Source: Klebsormidium nitens (lineage: Eukaryota; Plantae; Klebsormidiophyceae). From it: DNA of 64,000 nucleotides. Location: contig DF237304.1 of assembly GCA_000708835.1 (NCBI GenBank), positions 31,005-95,004 on the forward strand. The letters are read 5' to 3'. The notes under the pieces are model-generated. The model was not told the DNA's origin. It was given only the letters and a program-made list of their open reading frames with translations, and did not search any database. This document shows, piece by piece, positions 38,791 through 52,700 of the stretch. The position numbers were made by a program, and so were the translations under genes. The stretch's first letter is position 1. Each line of letters opens with the position of its first letter.

Positions 38791-40180
38791 CTGGCCGGCG
38801 AGCCAGCGCTAGCCCGGTGGCCGTAGTCAGGCGCTCTAAGTACTAGGTAGCTCTAGGACTACAGTCGTTTGCATGTGCGCTAAATTGAAATGAAGTTCGT
38901 CAACATCGATAGCTGCCATGGACGTGAGATATCTTATTCAAAAGCTTGCGTGCCCACCGTCATGCGATTTAACCTGCCATCATCTCGCCACTGCCTGGCA
39001 TCATATGGCACATGCATGGCTGGCCAGCGACATGCCATATTTCAAGTATGTGCCATGTGAACTGAACCGATGCAGGTTGATCTGACGAAAGTCTGTCGAC
39101 TCCTTCAGAGTATCTGTTGCAATTCACGTCAACCAAAGATATCGTGCAAGAGCCTGACACGCCGACATTCTTTTGCAACACGGCGCCGAACTAGAGACTG
39201 AGAGAGACCAAGAAATTCGGACTGAGGATGTCAAGATTCGCAAGCTCATAACGTGTAACGCGTGCTCATAGTTGGCGGGCCAGGATCTGAACGGACGTGA
39301 TAATACTCAAAGTTGGGCCGGCCAGGACCGTCCTCTTGGCCGCCAGCTCAGGGCACATGAAACTCGACATTTTCGTCCACGTACTCCCCTGCCTCCTACT
39401 CAAACTGCATGACAACGTTGTTTTCTACTGGAATTTATCATTCTTTGCAGTTTCAGCTTTGGATGGTCGAAGTCGCACCGATCGTCGCGATCCTGCATGG
39501 ATCCAGGTCGACTGCGATCCTAAATGTACCCCGATCGCAAGTTCACCCTACCATTTCGCTTCATTGAGTCGTCTCATCAGTTTTCGCAGCTCAGCAACTT
39601 GAGCCGCCCCGAGACCTCACACATCCGCTTCAACGGCAATGTCGATGCTTACATGCCAGAAAAGCTGAATTCGGCGGAATCCAAGAACGACCACGTTCTG
39701 GTCTGACCTTATACGGAGGTTCTGTTCCTGGACCTGCGGTCAGCTCGCCGAGAGCTAGACCAATGCATGCTACTTTTCCAAGCTGAACTTACGGATTGCG
39801 CAATAGTCCGAAGGCGTACGATTATCTTGTAGCTAGTGATCGTAGTACTTTGGATGCTCGCACCAGGAAACTTCAAGGAAATTTGCACTTGTTTAAGGTC
39901 ACAAGGAACAAAAGAATAGGCAAGAATCATGGTGGTTACCAAAAGGGAGATTGTGATGTCCTTGCTACGGCTAACAAATGAATGGCTGTCAGAATCGTCC
40001 GACCATGCTAAACGGAGCCGTCTGATCCTTTTCCGGTCCAGTACCGCTCAGGACAGCTGTCACAGCTGATTACTTATACGGCCCTGACACAATCTTTATG
40101 CTGCCGGTCCTCTCAAGGTTTGCCAAACAATCTTGAGAGGACCGATTGTCAAAGAATCGAGCTCCTGGCTCGCCGGCCTA
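38791..40180 (+). mobile_element. Probable decayed hAT-family transposon
   Basis: 14-bp inverted repeat ggccggcgagccag / ctggctcgccggcc and a degenerate 8-bp flank (cgtgtctt vs gctggctt). Internal broken frames give a BED-finger-like ITCNAC...LRAHETRH, an hAT-like WMVEVAPIVAILH block and an STLDART block resembling the first catalytic Asp motif. Many stops. Confidence 0.4.
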
Positions 40181-43100
40181 GCTGGCTTTTGAAAGAGCTG
40201 AACTCTTTCAGCTCCGGCTAGTCGAACCCATGTCGCCTGACCGTCACAGATATCATTCGTCGAAGTCTGTCATCTCAACAACTTATTGCAAGGTACTCTG
40301 ATTTGGTACCACCCGACAAGTTGGTCCTATTCGATGGTGTTACAGACGTGCTTGCCGCCCAAACGCCTTTCGTTCCAGCCGCACCTGAAAGTCAGCTTCA
40401 GCTCAATTTCAATCAGTGACTCTGGCAACCTCAATCAGGCAGTCCCCAGCTGCGAGCCCACAAGCCTCAATGCTTTGGCGACTAGTTATACCTAGTTCAA
40501 AGGACGAGGCCGGGACAGCTCAGTGAGCAGCTGTCGAAAGACCCATGGGCTAACATTACATATCGTCGAAGTTGGCTGATTCGAGTTCTTACGAGCCTGT
40601 GATCACGTGTCACGAAGTTCCTGAAAGGGAAGATCAAAGTGCAGTCTGATCATGCTTACGTTGTCTTTCCTCCTGGCACCGACGCTTCATGAGGCCTAGA
40701 ACCTAACCGCAAGCCTCACGAGCTGGGTCAACGGGGATCGAGTCAACGTTGCAAGACAGTCACCACCAAAAGGGGACTGGCATGAAAGACAAATCAGGGG
40801 CGTCTCAAAGCTTGCGGTTTGGATAGGTACGTGACAGGTTTCAGAATGTCAAAACCCTGTTCGATGGACGCGGAGCGTGGATGTGTCAATGAACACAAGA
40901 TCAGATCCGGGTCAGACTCTCCACGGCCCTATAACTCTTTCTTGATTACTTATTAAAGAAGGTCCAATCCGCATCGACCAGCTGGCAATTATGATGTCAC
41001 TACGTCGTCGATAGCTTGCTTCAACGTACAGACTATTGTGTCCCGTCAAGTATTATCGCTGGAGTGGTTGCTGCACTGCGAGGAAAAGATGGTACCTACT
41101 AGTACAAGGGCGGAGTGACACGGAAATATAAGTTGTAGTGCTGGTGAACTGTACTGTGCACCAGTGCACTCAGTCTGTGCTCTGTGCTGTGTCAGAGTGC
41201 AACAGGCTCAGAATGATTGAAGACCCAAGGCCTAAGGCAATGATTGGGGGAATGACAAAAAACGCACGGTTCAACCGAAAAAGTGGAAGAGCGCACCGTG
41301 ATGTGAAACCGTCGATGAGAAGGAGATCCTCAATGAACGGTTCAGAGCCTCGAATGAAAAGCGCCGTTCATGATTATTGAGCGGCTACGCACCGAGGTAT
41401 GCGGTCGGATGATTCCGAGTCAATCAGAGGTCGGCCGCCGTTACACCGTACGACCCGTGCGAGTTTGAAACCTACTTTCTTGTGGTCCACAGGGCCTCGA
41501 TTTTCCGAAGAGCCCCGCGAAATAAACGGCCTGCAAATTCGGGCGGCCGGGGATCTGATCTCGTCCGTAGTTCGCACACTTGAGCTCTGCTGCTTCCCGC
41601 AGAATGACGCCGGAGGGACGATCAATTGCGGAGCCATCATTGCGGATTTCAGTGACTCTGAGTCTGAGCACACACACACACCATGCAAGGCTAAGGGGTT
41701 CGTCACAATCGATCAAAAAGTTACAACTTACAAGCCCGCTGGTTGAATGCAAGAGGTAGATCAGGTAGAGTTTCCTGGTTAGTATGGTTATATTACTGTA
41801 GTAGGTTTTTACGAAAAGTTTCACACTTCTAAGTTCTCACCTGGGCTCTCTGATACTGAGAAAGTACTAGAAAGGGATAGCGCCAGGCTTGACTGAAATC
41901 CAGTGCTCATCATCAGAGCCATGTTTTCAGTGCCTGCTCCACGACTTTCTCGTGAGACACAGCATCTGATTTCTGACATGCTTCCTAGCTGCATGATAAG
42001 AAACAAGACAGGGGATCAGGTAGGGTCTTGACGAAGGACGTGGCAGCACTGAGCTCATACTCGCCTCGACTTCGTGCACTGAGTCCTGTGATCAGGAAGA
42101 TTCTCGTCTGTGAAACCTTGAATCAACTGAAGCCACGAATTGTACTGAAGCCAGGAGTTGCGCTTCTCTAGCACCGACATACACGTCGAAGTCAACTCTG
42201 ACAGGTGTCTGAACGCCCTATACCAAGTCAATTGCGAGGCATCCGAAGTTAACAGTGGCACTTTCCAAGAAGAAATGCGCAATTAGCGAGAGGAATAGGA
42301 CTTGCATTGGGCAATTGAGGATCGACAAGCCAGGTAGGGCTCCGAAGCCCCTTGCCAGTCTGTAGTCTCTGGGCCCCCTGTCACCAATTTTCTATACAAG
42401 TGAATTAGCTCTGCTGGAGCGACTACACGAAAGTTGAAAAATACCAGGCTGCTAACTTTGCCCTCTGTGGGCTTTTTTATGGGGCTTGTGATCAGCTCAG
42501 TCCCTGCCATCTCGTTCAGGAATTCTCCCATTGCGACGTTCGTTTGACTGGTCGAGCTTACCGTCACTGGAAAGGAGCTCAGGAAAAGTATCCAATGCTC
42601 AACTCAGACTTGGCCACAGAGACGCTGTGAGCTTGACAGGGGTATCCAGCTGGTCTACTTTGGGAGGTACCTGCTCACTGGGGGGTTAGCAAGCAGCCCC
42701 GTAACTTTAAGGTTTAGGACTGGTAGCCAGGTTAAACAAGGGGTTGAGCAAGGGTGGTTAAGCGCAGCTGTGCAGCCCCCTCATTGTGGGTCTAACAACT
42801 GACGTGGGGGGAACCCACCAAAGACAACTGATCAGGTATGCAATGCTTCAACTCTTCTAGATTAAGCCCACAGGTCATGATGAGAGAGAAATAGTCACAG
42901 ATTTTCAAAGAATGGACTTTTTCTTTATGAAAGTCATCTACCTGAGCGAGGCCAACTATCTTGAAGGAGCTTGGTAGTGTTCTATGGTGACCTTCAGAGT
43001 GATCTAGACTAACAGCTTTCAGGAAGTCAGCACCTTAGATGAGTATCAGCACAATTCCGGTTCTGCCCAAACCTCTTGTTTGGATGCACACTCAAAGTGA

Positions 43101-43739
43101 GAAGAGTTCACTTTTAAAGTCACCTTTTGGAAGGAGTGATTACTGAGAGTACATCAGCGGTGTGTAGATACGTTGCAGAAGTCATCTATACATTTCAAGA
43201 CTCTGGAAGGACCAACATTAGCGTAGTGTGACAGGGCGCATCTTGTAAGCAGGGACACCGTGAACTTGACTTGCTCTAGTCTGCTGCTGGACTCTAAAAT
43301 GGGGTTGACTATGTGCACATTTCTCTTGATCTAACAGGAACTACTATGGCGCGCATAGCTGGCCTGACAAGAATGCCAGCTGGCGCTTTGCCGCTCCAAC
43401 ACCTGGAGGTGTGTCAACTCCCTGAAGCTATCCTCTACAATGCAAAGACTGACAAACTTTCTCATACAGCCCATGTATTGCAATCTGAGATTAGGATATG
43501 GGCTATAGGATATAGGATATAGGATATCGATTTTCCTTTGGATGCTTCTGGAGCTTTGCCTCCTGCCAATTGTTTTAGCAAGAGTGATCCCTTATGAGCT
43601 ACAGGATTTGGCAGCCAGATCAGTCTACAATGCCAGGTTTCTAACCTTACCTGTGATCACTCAAGTTCTTATCAAAGAAGCTCTGGTTCTTGTGCAGAAC
43701 CGCGCAGCAAGCCTTCCAGGCAGCTCTGCCGAGACCCAA

Positions 43740-46700
43740 ATGAACGTGTCACCTCTGCACCCTGGTTCAAGACTAGGCACGCGGACAGCTGGCATTTGCC
43801 CCCCCCGCACTCCATGCTTTTCAACATATGAGGGGCTCCGAGCACGTCCACTGAGCTCTTATGCCCCACAGTCCATAAGCTATGGGAAAAGAGGATTCAA
43901 GGTGGCTTCACCGCACGCAATGTACGCGGAAGGGGCGGCTACCAGACCTGGCCATGGAGCTGACATCAGCAGAGGTGAGACTGACATCAGCAGAGGTGAA
44001 GGCTCTGGTTCATCTCGTTCAAGGCTCAAGCCCCTGCGATGCTTCTGTTCCTGAATACATGAGCCCTTGTTTTCTAAAATTTGTGTTCCTTCACATTCAG
44101 TGCCATTGGTTGTGATGCCATAAGACAGGTTCAAAGTGCCGTCTCTTCTAGAAAGCCTCCAGATTTTTGACAGCTGTGCCTCCAGTGCAAGTCTAGGGCC
44201 TTCTTTCAGCGGGCGCTTGGGTGTGCCAGTCTGCTTCTCTTGTTCGAGCCTTCTCTGCTTCTCATCGTCAACTTGACCGCCCTCTTTCTTGCGCGGTCAC
44301 GTTGAAAGCATTGCGAAACTCTGAAAATTTTCCATCTTCAGTTTCTAAAATGAAACAGCTGTTGATTGGGGATACCTGATCAGACAGCGTCTATTGACGC
44401 TCACGGCCTAGGTTTGACGAATGCTTCATCTTTGTTTGAAAGGGGAAAAGTAGACTATATTCGGCACACCCTTTTCACCCTCCTACCTTCGACTTCGCGC
44501 AGACAATCTCGAGCAAGCCGCAGCGGCGAGCCTGCTCTTCCAACTGCAGAGAGACTCCGGCGTCCAAACCATTTCCGTTGGAGAGATGGACATCCATTCC
44601 GTATCGCGCGGCGAGGCCGGAATGCTCTCCACCCTCTCGGAAGAGACCGATCTCTGGTCCGCGGTCCACGTAGACACCGGTCTTCGCGCCGATGTTCACA
44701 GCTGTCCTGGATTGCTTAGCAAAGCCGAGAGGGAAAACGTCGCGGCAGTGATGGCCGAACACGGGGGAGCTCTGTACCGCCCGGAGCATATGCAGCGCGC
44801 GCTGGCCGCGGTGGGCGACCGCGTGTCGAGGCAAGAGGTGGGCTGGTCGCCCTTTTTACCTAACAGGGCTCAGAGTATAGCATTCTGTTCGAGGAATCAG
44901 GAGAAGCGTGTCCGAAGCCGACGCAGATGAGAAAGCCTTGTTGGAGGCCTGGTAATGCGCTGCGTGGCCAGGCAGAAGCGCCAAGTTACTAGTTGCTGTA
45001 CAGATGACGTTTCGAAATTTGGACGACTCCGTTTGACACCATCTTCGCACACAGTCAGTCGGATGCTGAATCTTTGGGTCTCATCTTCATGTCTTAGAGA
45101 GTCCACATGATCAAGAAAACATACTCACAAGGTCGTCATACACTTTCAGATTCTGGTCAGCTTTATTCCCTAAACCGCAGTCAGTTACAACAGAGTGCCG
45201 ACACAGCCGTCCAATCCGCGTTCGAAGCGGATCGAATCAGCCTAATCTGATTGCTTTTCAAATCGACTCTGTTCTTCCGTACAGGCTGAGAAGTTGCTGA
45301 TGGAAGCAGGCGGCTCCTTCTCCTCTGTGCTCGCCTTCGAGCGGATGCTGAATGACATCAACATTGCGGCGACAGCTGTCCAGACGTGCGTGCCGGAAAG
45401 CGCGAGCAACGTGCATATCCTGCGCCCGCATATGATGCGGAAGGAGTATAAGAGGGGCGAGATTCTGGCCCTTCAGGGTAAGGCGATTACGTCTGCCAGT
45501 CTCCAGAAAGAGAGAGCTGACCTGGCCGCACATAAACCTCGAACGGAGGGATGATCGTCGTCGAGGAAACCAAGACTATCTGGCTGTTGCTACAGTCTTG
45601 ATCTGGGAGTACTAGATCCTCAGGGTATCATTCTCTGTTCTTCCGAACAGTCAAGAACGCCCGCGTCCCCCTTAAGTCAGAGTCGTGCGTACAAGTGATC
45701 TCTTCGTTGTCGAAACCTCTATATGGGCGTTGAAAGTTGAAGACTGGGCGTTGCGAATCTTGAATGGTTCAATCACGCTCTGACAACACACGGGAGTTGG
45801 CATCAGTCTTTTCCTACGATTGTAGAGAAAATCCGCTTCCATCCTTTCTTTATCTCAGACTTGTCCTGTTTTCGCTGACGTGGCAGGTGACATCGAGGCC
45901 GAGTTCTTCGCCCTTACCGCGGGCTCGGTCCACGTCATCAAGGACGGGAAGATGGTGGGCGGGATGAGTGCCCCCGACTACTTCGGAGAGCTGGCGCTCC
46001 ATACGCAGGTGCCCCGGTCTGTCACCATCCAGGTGAGCTTTAGGAAGGGTTTGGCTGCTGACCAGGCTGATTAACCAGACTTAAGTTGTTCAATAAGCGG
46101 GCCGTAAGTATGTTGAAAAACTGGTTCAACTGCTCGATTCTGGTCAGGGGACTATAAGCAGCTTCTAACCAGCCCGTAGCCGTAGCCGGTTGTGTTTCAT
46201 CGTCAAAAAGCCATATTGACACGAGTCTTTGGTAGTTAGCCATGGACGGTTATGGGCCGATTATGAGCTAGTTAGAGATCGGTTACATGTCCGAAAACCA
46301 GTAGAATTGGGCGGTACCAGCCTTGGAACAAGGCTAAAGCCTGGTCCTTTGTAAGATAAGCAAAGTTTTAAGTTGGTTCGCATCGAAAATACCTACTAAG
46401 GTTCCGCGTCCAAAAAGAAAATGTTCAGAGCTCATCTGCGGTAGTCTGAAACGTTGAGAACGCCTCAATCCCATCCAGTCGGGGCTAGCCTTCCAAACCT
46501 GGGTTCACCATTTGTCGGGTCATCTTTTGAGCGGAGGAGAAAAGGAAAAGCGAGCGCTTTTGTTGGGTTCTTCGGAATCCTTTGGGACATTCATGGAGTC
46601 AGAGGTACTGTTAGCTGATGATGAAGTCTTCGTTTTCATACCTGGATGTGAGGCTGACGAACAGATTACTTTTGTCTGGTTGGTGCGAAACTCAAACGCT

Positions 46701-49700
46701 GTACAGCTCGAGCAGTCGAGCTCCCCTCCCGCTGACGTCAGACCCACGAAGTCCAACCACATCCCCTTGAACCCTAATACTCAAATACACCAGAGGTCAT
46801 TTCTTCCGCAGGCGGCCGATGACGTCACGGTTTACATTCTACGGGAGGCTGACTACGTCAGGCACATGAAGGAGGAGAACGCGGACAAGCGCGCCAAGTA
46901 CAGCGCTTTCCTGGCGTCCGTGCCTTTCCTGAGTGAGCCACGTGTCACACTTATATGGAACCGGGTCCACATTTATCCTCATATCGGATTTGAATAAATC
47001 TGTATACTCGCTTGTACTAGGAAAGCCTGGTCACCTTCTCAAAGGTTTAGTGCAGCCGATCTTTGATTCTGGGCTTAAACGCCCGATGCTTAGCGCATAT
47101 TCAAACGACAAGATGCGCCAAAGCTCGCAGTCAGAAAAGGGTTTGTCAATGCCTTTGCTCAAAGCTGGCATGGGTGCCACGTACGGCTCAAACTGTCAAA
47201 CAGACAAGGGAAAACATGCCACGACCGATTCTCGACGGAGTCAGTTTGCATTATAGAGAGAGCGGCCCAGATTTCGGCCAAAGCCGAGGCACTCGCTTTG
47301 CATCTGCTTCTAGTTCCGCCAGTAAAAAGACAGTCGAAGCATGAGAAGTATTCTGGCCCATCACGTAGAACGGTGTTCCTCACTCAATTCACTCCAAAAT
47401 GAAAACGTGCTTTCCAGTTCCGATCCCCGCCTTATGTGGCTTCGCAACTCTCTCTCTTGCACATGCAAATCCCAATCAGATCCAACCCAACCCCTGACCA
47501 AAGTAAACCCACTTCCGCAGAGGACGTGGAGCCTTACGGTCGCCAGAAGCTGTGCGATGCGCTGAAAGAGGAGCGCTTCGAAGACAACGAGATCATCATC
47601 CAGGAAGGCGAGGAGGGCTCTCGCATGTACATAGTCACGGAGGTGCGTGCGTCGCGAGCTGACGTCATCGTTCCGTCACGAGCTGCGTCAATTCTCCGTC
47701 CTTCAGCCCTGCTGCGAAGTCCCTGGGTCGGTTGGACCGAAAGTCGAGCTGCCAGACATTGGAGTGACTTCACGTCAGCACCTGAGCTGAGCGAAATCTT
47801 CATGCTCGAGCGCGCTGACGTCAGCGCTTTTGGTTTCGCAGGGGGAAGTCGTCACGGTGAGAATGCCCGACGGCAAGCAGCCGGTCCACGCCGCCGTGGT
47901 CAGAGTAGGTGAGTGAGTTCGCACAGCACGAGATATTGAAACCGGCCAGCTTATGTTTAACAGATTTGCAGAGCTCCCCGAAGCAGTCATAGTGAAGACA
48001 CATCTCTGCTGATGGCCTTGCCTCGTCGTTCGCTGTTTTGACAAGGACTGTCTGGATTTCTGCAATCCCTTGGCAGGTAGCGTGGCTTTGACTAAAATTG
48101 CCTTCCTTGTCTGCTCTTGTGGGTGCTTTTTCGAAACGCGGAAGCATGAAGCAAATCGTACGCTACAAAACCTGTTGTTTCTCTTGTCCACTATTAAGTT
48201 GTCTTCTTCGCCCTTCACATACGAATGTGACTGTCGCTGTTGCGGGATACAGACCAAAAGTCGACCGTTCAATTTTCGGCAATTTGTAAAGCCAGACTTT
48301 GAGTTGCCAACTTATTCAAAAGAGCGCTCCCTCATCAGAAACGACGCGCAATCTGACCTTCCCGCTTACAAATGGGCCATGGGTCGTTTTGTTAGAGTCG
48401 CTCGTTTAAACAAGACCAATCCCTTAGTGTAATCTGCTTGTAAATCTGTCTTTCCGTTCCCTTACGCAGGCGGCTTTTTCGGGGAGCGCTCCCTGATCAA
48501 GAGCGAGCGCCGTGATTCGACGGCGATCTGCCACGGCCCCGTCGAGTGCGTGTCGCTGGACCGCACGTCGTTCCTGCGGCTGCTGCAGAGCCAGGCGACG
48601 TCCAGCATCGTACAACACATCGTGCGCGGCTACCGGACGGCCGCGGACGCCAACCAGGTCAGACGGAGCGTCCGAAAATCGACGAGAAGCCCCAGTATTT
48701 CGAATCCTCACTGTCCGAGCCCTTCGCATGATGCTTTTCTTGATTTTTCCAGACTGGGCGTCTGAATGAAGCACCAATTGTGGCATGCCGATGGTCGCAG
48801 ACGCCAACCATGTGAGGCGGAAGGTTCATAACACTAAGCTCTATGCAGTACATGTTTGACACCCATCATTTAGGAAGCAGACGCCCTAAATCCTTGAAAG
48901 GGTTCCGTGTCCTAGGTTCCGACTGGACACCTGAGGCAGCGAACATCGCAAGCGGACTGCTGCGGACGCGCGCTAGCAGTAAATGCCAGACGTCCCAGGT
49001 TTTTTGATAAGCTTGAAACTTCTTCCGCACTTCCACATCATCGTGCGCAATCACCAGGAGGCGGCCGACGTGAACTGGAACGTCCGAATGTCTCCAAACT
49101 TGTCGAGGTGGCGACGCCGATACTTGAGTGTGGAAAAGCCTCTTCTGTTGCCTTCGGAAGTCTCATTGACCAGGGTCACGCAGACGGATCTTGCGTCACA
49201 ACTGCGTATGTCACCCAGAATTCAAATGGAAGGACTGATGATTCAGGAGTGAGTGAGAGCGAGTGCGCATCGTCACATGTCCGGATTGCGGAATGAAACG
49301 TGTGTTTCCCCCGATTTTATTTTAGCTGACACCGTAGTGCTTAAGAAAGGTTCTCAAGAAGAGACCTCAGGAGATGAAAATCATCGGCGGGTCCAGAAGC
49401 TAAGCGCTGACGCCAACTATAGGTTAAATCCAAAAGTGGGTCAGCTTTAACCAATTTTTCTGTCATCCCGACAGGTGGCCACGCTGGGCGCCCTGGTGTC
49501 GCTCCAGCTCATCGACTCGGCCGCATTTGAGGACGAGGCATACGCTATGGACGTGGTCGAGGGGCACGTGCCCATGGACCTGGACGGCGTCCTGTACAGA
49601 AACGTGAGGGCCCGCCGTTTCGCTGACGCAAACGGGGGTGTGGCCCCGGTAAAAACGTCTGCGAAGAGAAAGACGGCAGCAGCACGTTACGGATATGGGC

Positions 49701-52700
49701 TCAAAAACGTCATCTTTCAAATCATTCCTGATTCTTGTGACATTTCTGGCTTGGGCAATGCATAAGAATACCCTGACAGCCCAAGATGGGGATTCCCTTG
49801 CAGGAAGTATGGGTGACGATCTCTTAGCAGGCGCTGCGTCGAGCTTTCATGACAAACGGTTCAAGGGCAAATGAACGTGACATACTCATATTCGCTTTCC
49901 GGAATGTCCTTTGAGTTTCGCAAATCCCGAAAAGGGCACAGATTGTTTCAGACCTGGCAAATCTCAAAGTCTCAAACCGCCTGCAGGGCCCCGCCGCATT
50001 GGAGGGAGTCGGCGGGTGGCGACTGAACAACTCAGTCGACGGTGACGGCTGTGTCGCCGCCTTCTCCTTCTCCGGGGGGAAGGTCCACCTGACAAAGAAA
50101 ATTGTACGCACGGCGGCTTTCGAGCGGGAAAAGGCGACCAGGAAATCTAGCTGCAGGGGGGCCTTTGGCACGCTGAAAAGTGGGGGGTATCTTGCGAACC
50201 TCCTGGATCTGCGCGTGAAGAACCCGGCAAATGTGAGCTTTACAAAAAAAGGAAGTTCTGAGCGTTGACACGTATATTCTGCGCTGATCAAAATGGTGCA
50301 AGTCGGAGGAACCACGGGAAGAAATGCTCCCAATGCCTAAGTAGGTGAGGATTACTCCTCTTGGAGACTCCTGTTTCCAGCCGCGTTCGCTTCTCAGATC
50401 CTTTCCAACACGTCTCCAAGATTACATTGGAACAAGATGCCAGCCTGTGACTTGACAAGTTGTGTACACATGTTTCTCCTTCTGTACGGATTCCCCCAAT
50501 TATCTTGGAAGCACTGGGAATCTCTCGTTCATATTTCTTTCGAAACTCTCTTGATTACCCTAAACTTCCTGAAGTTTCTGAAACCCTCGTGGAGGACTCA
50601 CTCAACACCCCTCACTAGTGTCTGGTCCCTAAACCCCTCTGATTATCTCGACCTTCTCGAACTCTTAAACCCTCCAAAACGCGCTTGGAGCCTTCCTTTC
50701 ATCTCTGTTTTCCAGACCCTCTTATCTCTGACCTTCTCAAACCCCTTCGTAACCCCTTCTCTGGACCTCCTTTTATTTTTTCACATTCTAAGACCCCCTC
50801 TTAACCCTCTTCTCCATAGCCCCCAACCCTCTGAACCCTCTGAACGTTTCCACCCTCTTAAAACTTCTGAATTCTCTTAACCCTGCTCTTCAGACCAACG
50901 TGGTTTACTGGGGCGGCAAGCTGCTCGCCCTCTGGGAGGCTGGTCTTCCCCACGAGCTGGATCCCGACACTTTGGAAACGCGAGGAATGACCGACTTGGG
51001 GGGTGCGCTAACCAGCCTGCTTTACCCGGTGTTCAAGTGGTTGGACCCCCCCTTCCAGCCCGCATTCGCCGCTCATCCTCGGATCGACCCGGTGAAGAAA
51101 CGGTGAGTTGAACGAAATCAGGTTAGCGGGACCTGAAGCCCAGATACTTAGTTGAGAAGATTTCGAAATTTGGAACATTGGAGAGCCTTGAGATTTCCGG
51201 TTCACTTGTTACGTGGGCTGTCAGCGAACACGCGCTTTTCAAGTAATCAACAGGGCTTTGTATTGTTCAAAACACTTTCCTAAGCTCTTCGATATTTGAG
51301 GTTGTCTGGCCTGTAAGTACTCCGTTGCACTTTGATTGTGTCAGCTTTGGTTTGACCTACGAAGGGCTCATATTTAGTGATGCCGTCTCTGTGGAGTCAT
51401 TCGGTGGGCTTAAGATGTTGCACGTGTACTGCTTCTAGATGATCAGGCGAGAGTCCTCGCGGCGCCGCAAGGGGCTTTCAAAGACAAGTTCCATGCTAAG
51501 CGACGGTTACATTGTGGAGAATGGTTGTTAGAACCTGAGAAAATCCACCAAGCTCGTCTATGGCAGTTTAAGCTATACACTGAAGCTCCTCTTGATGAAG
51601 TCTTCTGGCACTCTCGTCGTCGCCTCTTCTTGTGATCGATGGACGAGAAAGCGCATCCGACAAGATTCCATTCTACTTGTAGTCACATAATTTAAATCGT
51701 GAATCGCCCTCGCTTCGCTTGATCAGATGCTGACGTCAGCCGTCCTCTTTCGCTCGCAACAGATTCGTCAGCTTCAGCGCCACGACCTTCCCATACGCTA
51801 TCAACAACACGATGCGGCTGACGTGCTACGAGTGGGACGAGGACTGGAACCTGGTGTTCACGCGCGCTGTGTGGGCCCCATTCACACTGATGCACGACTT
51901 TTGCATCACGCCCAACTACTACGTATTCCTGTACACACCAGGAAACATGGACCTCCTCAGGTGAGTAAAAACCACGTCATCGAATCAGAAAAAACCTGGA
52001 AACTTATAATTTTGTGTCTCTGATCTGATCGCTCTCGAAGGATCGGTTTCAGGGTTTCAAAAGGGCTTCACTTGTTGGAAGAGCGAGGCAGCAGGTAAGG
52101 CTTTGAAAACTCAGAACTCTGTGTGAGGAAGCGTACTGTGAAAGTTCAAGACGTAGTCGTTCAGGTCTTCATCGTTTCTGAATGGTCTTTCAGGTCTTGA
52201 GTGCTCCGGCCTCGAGCTTTGCGGTCCTTTTGATTTCTCCTTGCTCGGAGGTGCTGTTACTACGTGTTTCACTCACCTCGAACTACAAAACCTGAACTGC
52301 TTTTTCACTTTGCGCTTTTGGGGTTTGTCAACCGCTTTATCAGGCCTTTTCTCTACATATGTAGCACACCCTGCGTTCAACCATTACGTCGAATCCTCCT
52401 CCTCTTGCAGAATGCAGATCTGTGTCGTTATGAACCTTTTGCCTGCACATGATGATCATCAAGTGCCGCCGAATCGAGTATCTCAGCGCGGACCCTTCGT
52501 TGATGCACAGACCCGCTGCCATGTTGTCCTTGAGGCCAAAGCTTTCAGCCCTTCAAGCTGACCGACTTTTTCGACAGACTAAAGTAATCCGCTAGTGTCA
52601 GCTTACGTTACGATTCAAATTACACTGCAAAGGATCCTCCGCAATCGAAACAGCGTCGCCCAAGCAACTGAAGAACTTCAACCCCCACTGTTCACAAACT

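Noticed and set aside
42880-43700. Minus-strand fragments such as FRELTHLQVL suggesting an LRR pseudogene
   Set aside because: Too many stops and too little motif to support a call.
46160-46280. Short degenerate inverted repeat in a CNB intron
   Set aside because: Arms are short and poorly matched; not enough to call an element or structured RNA.
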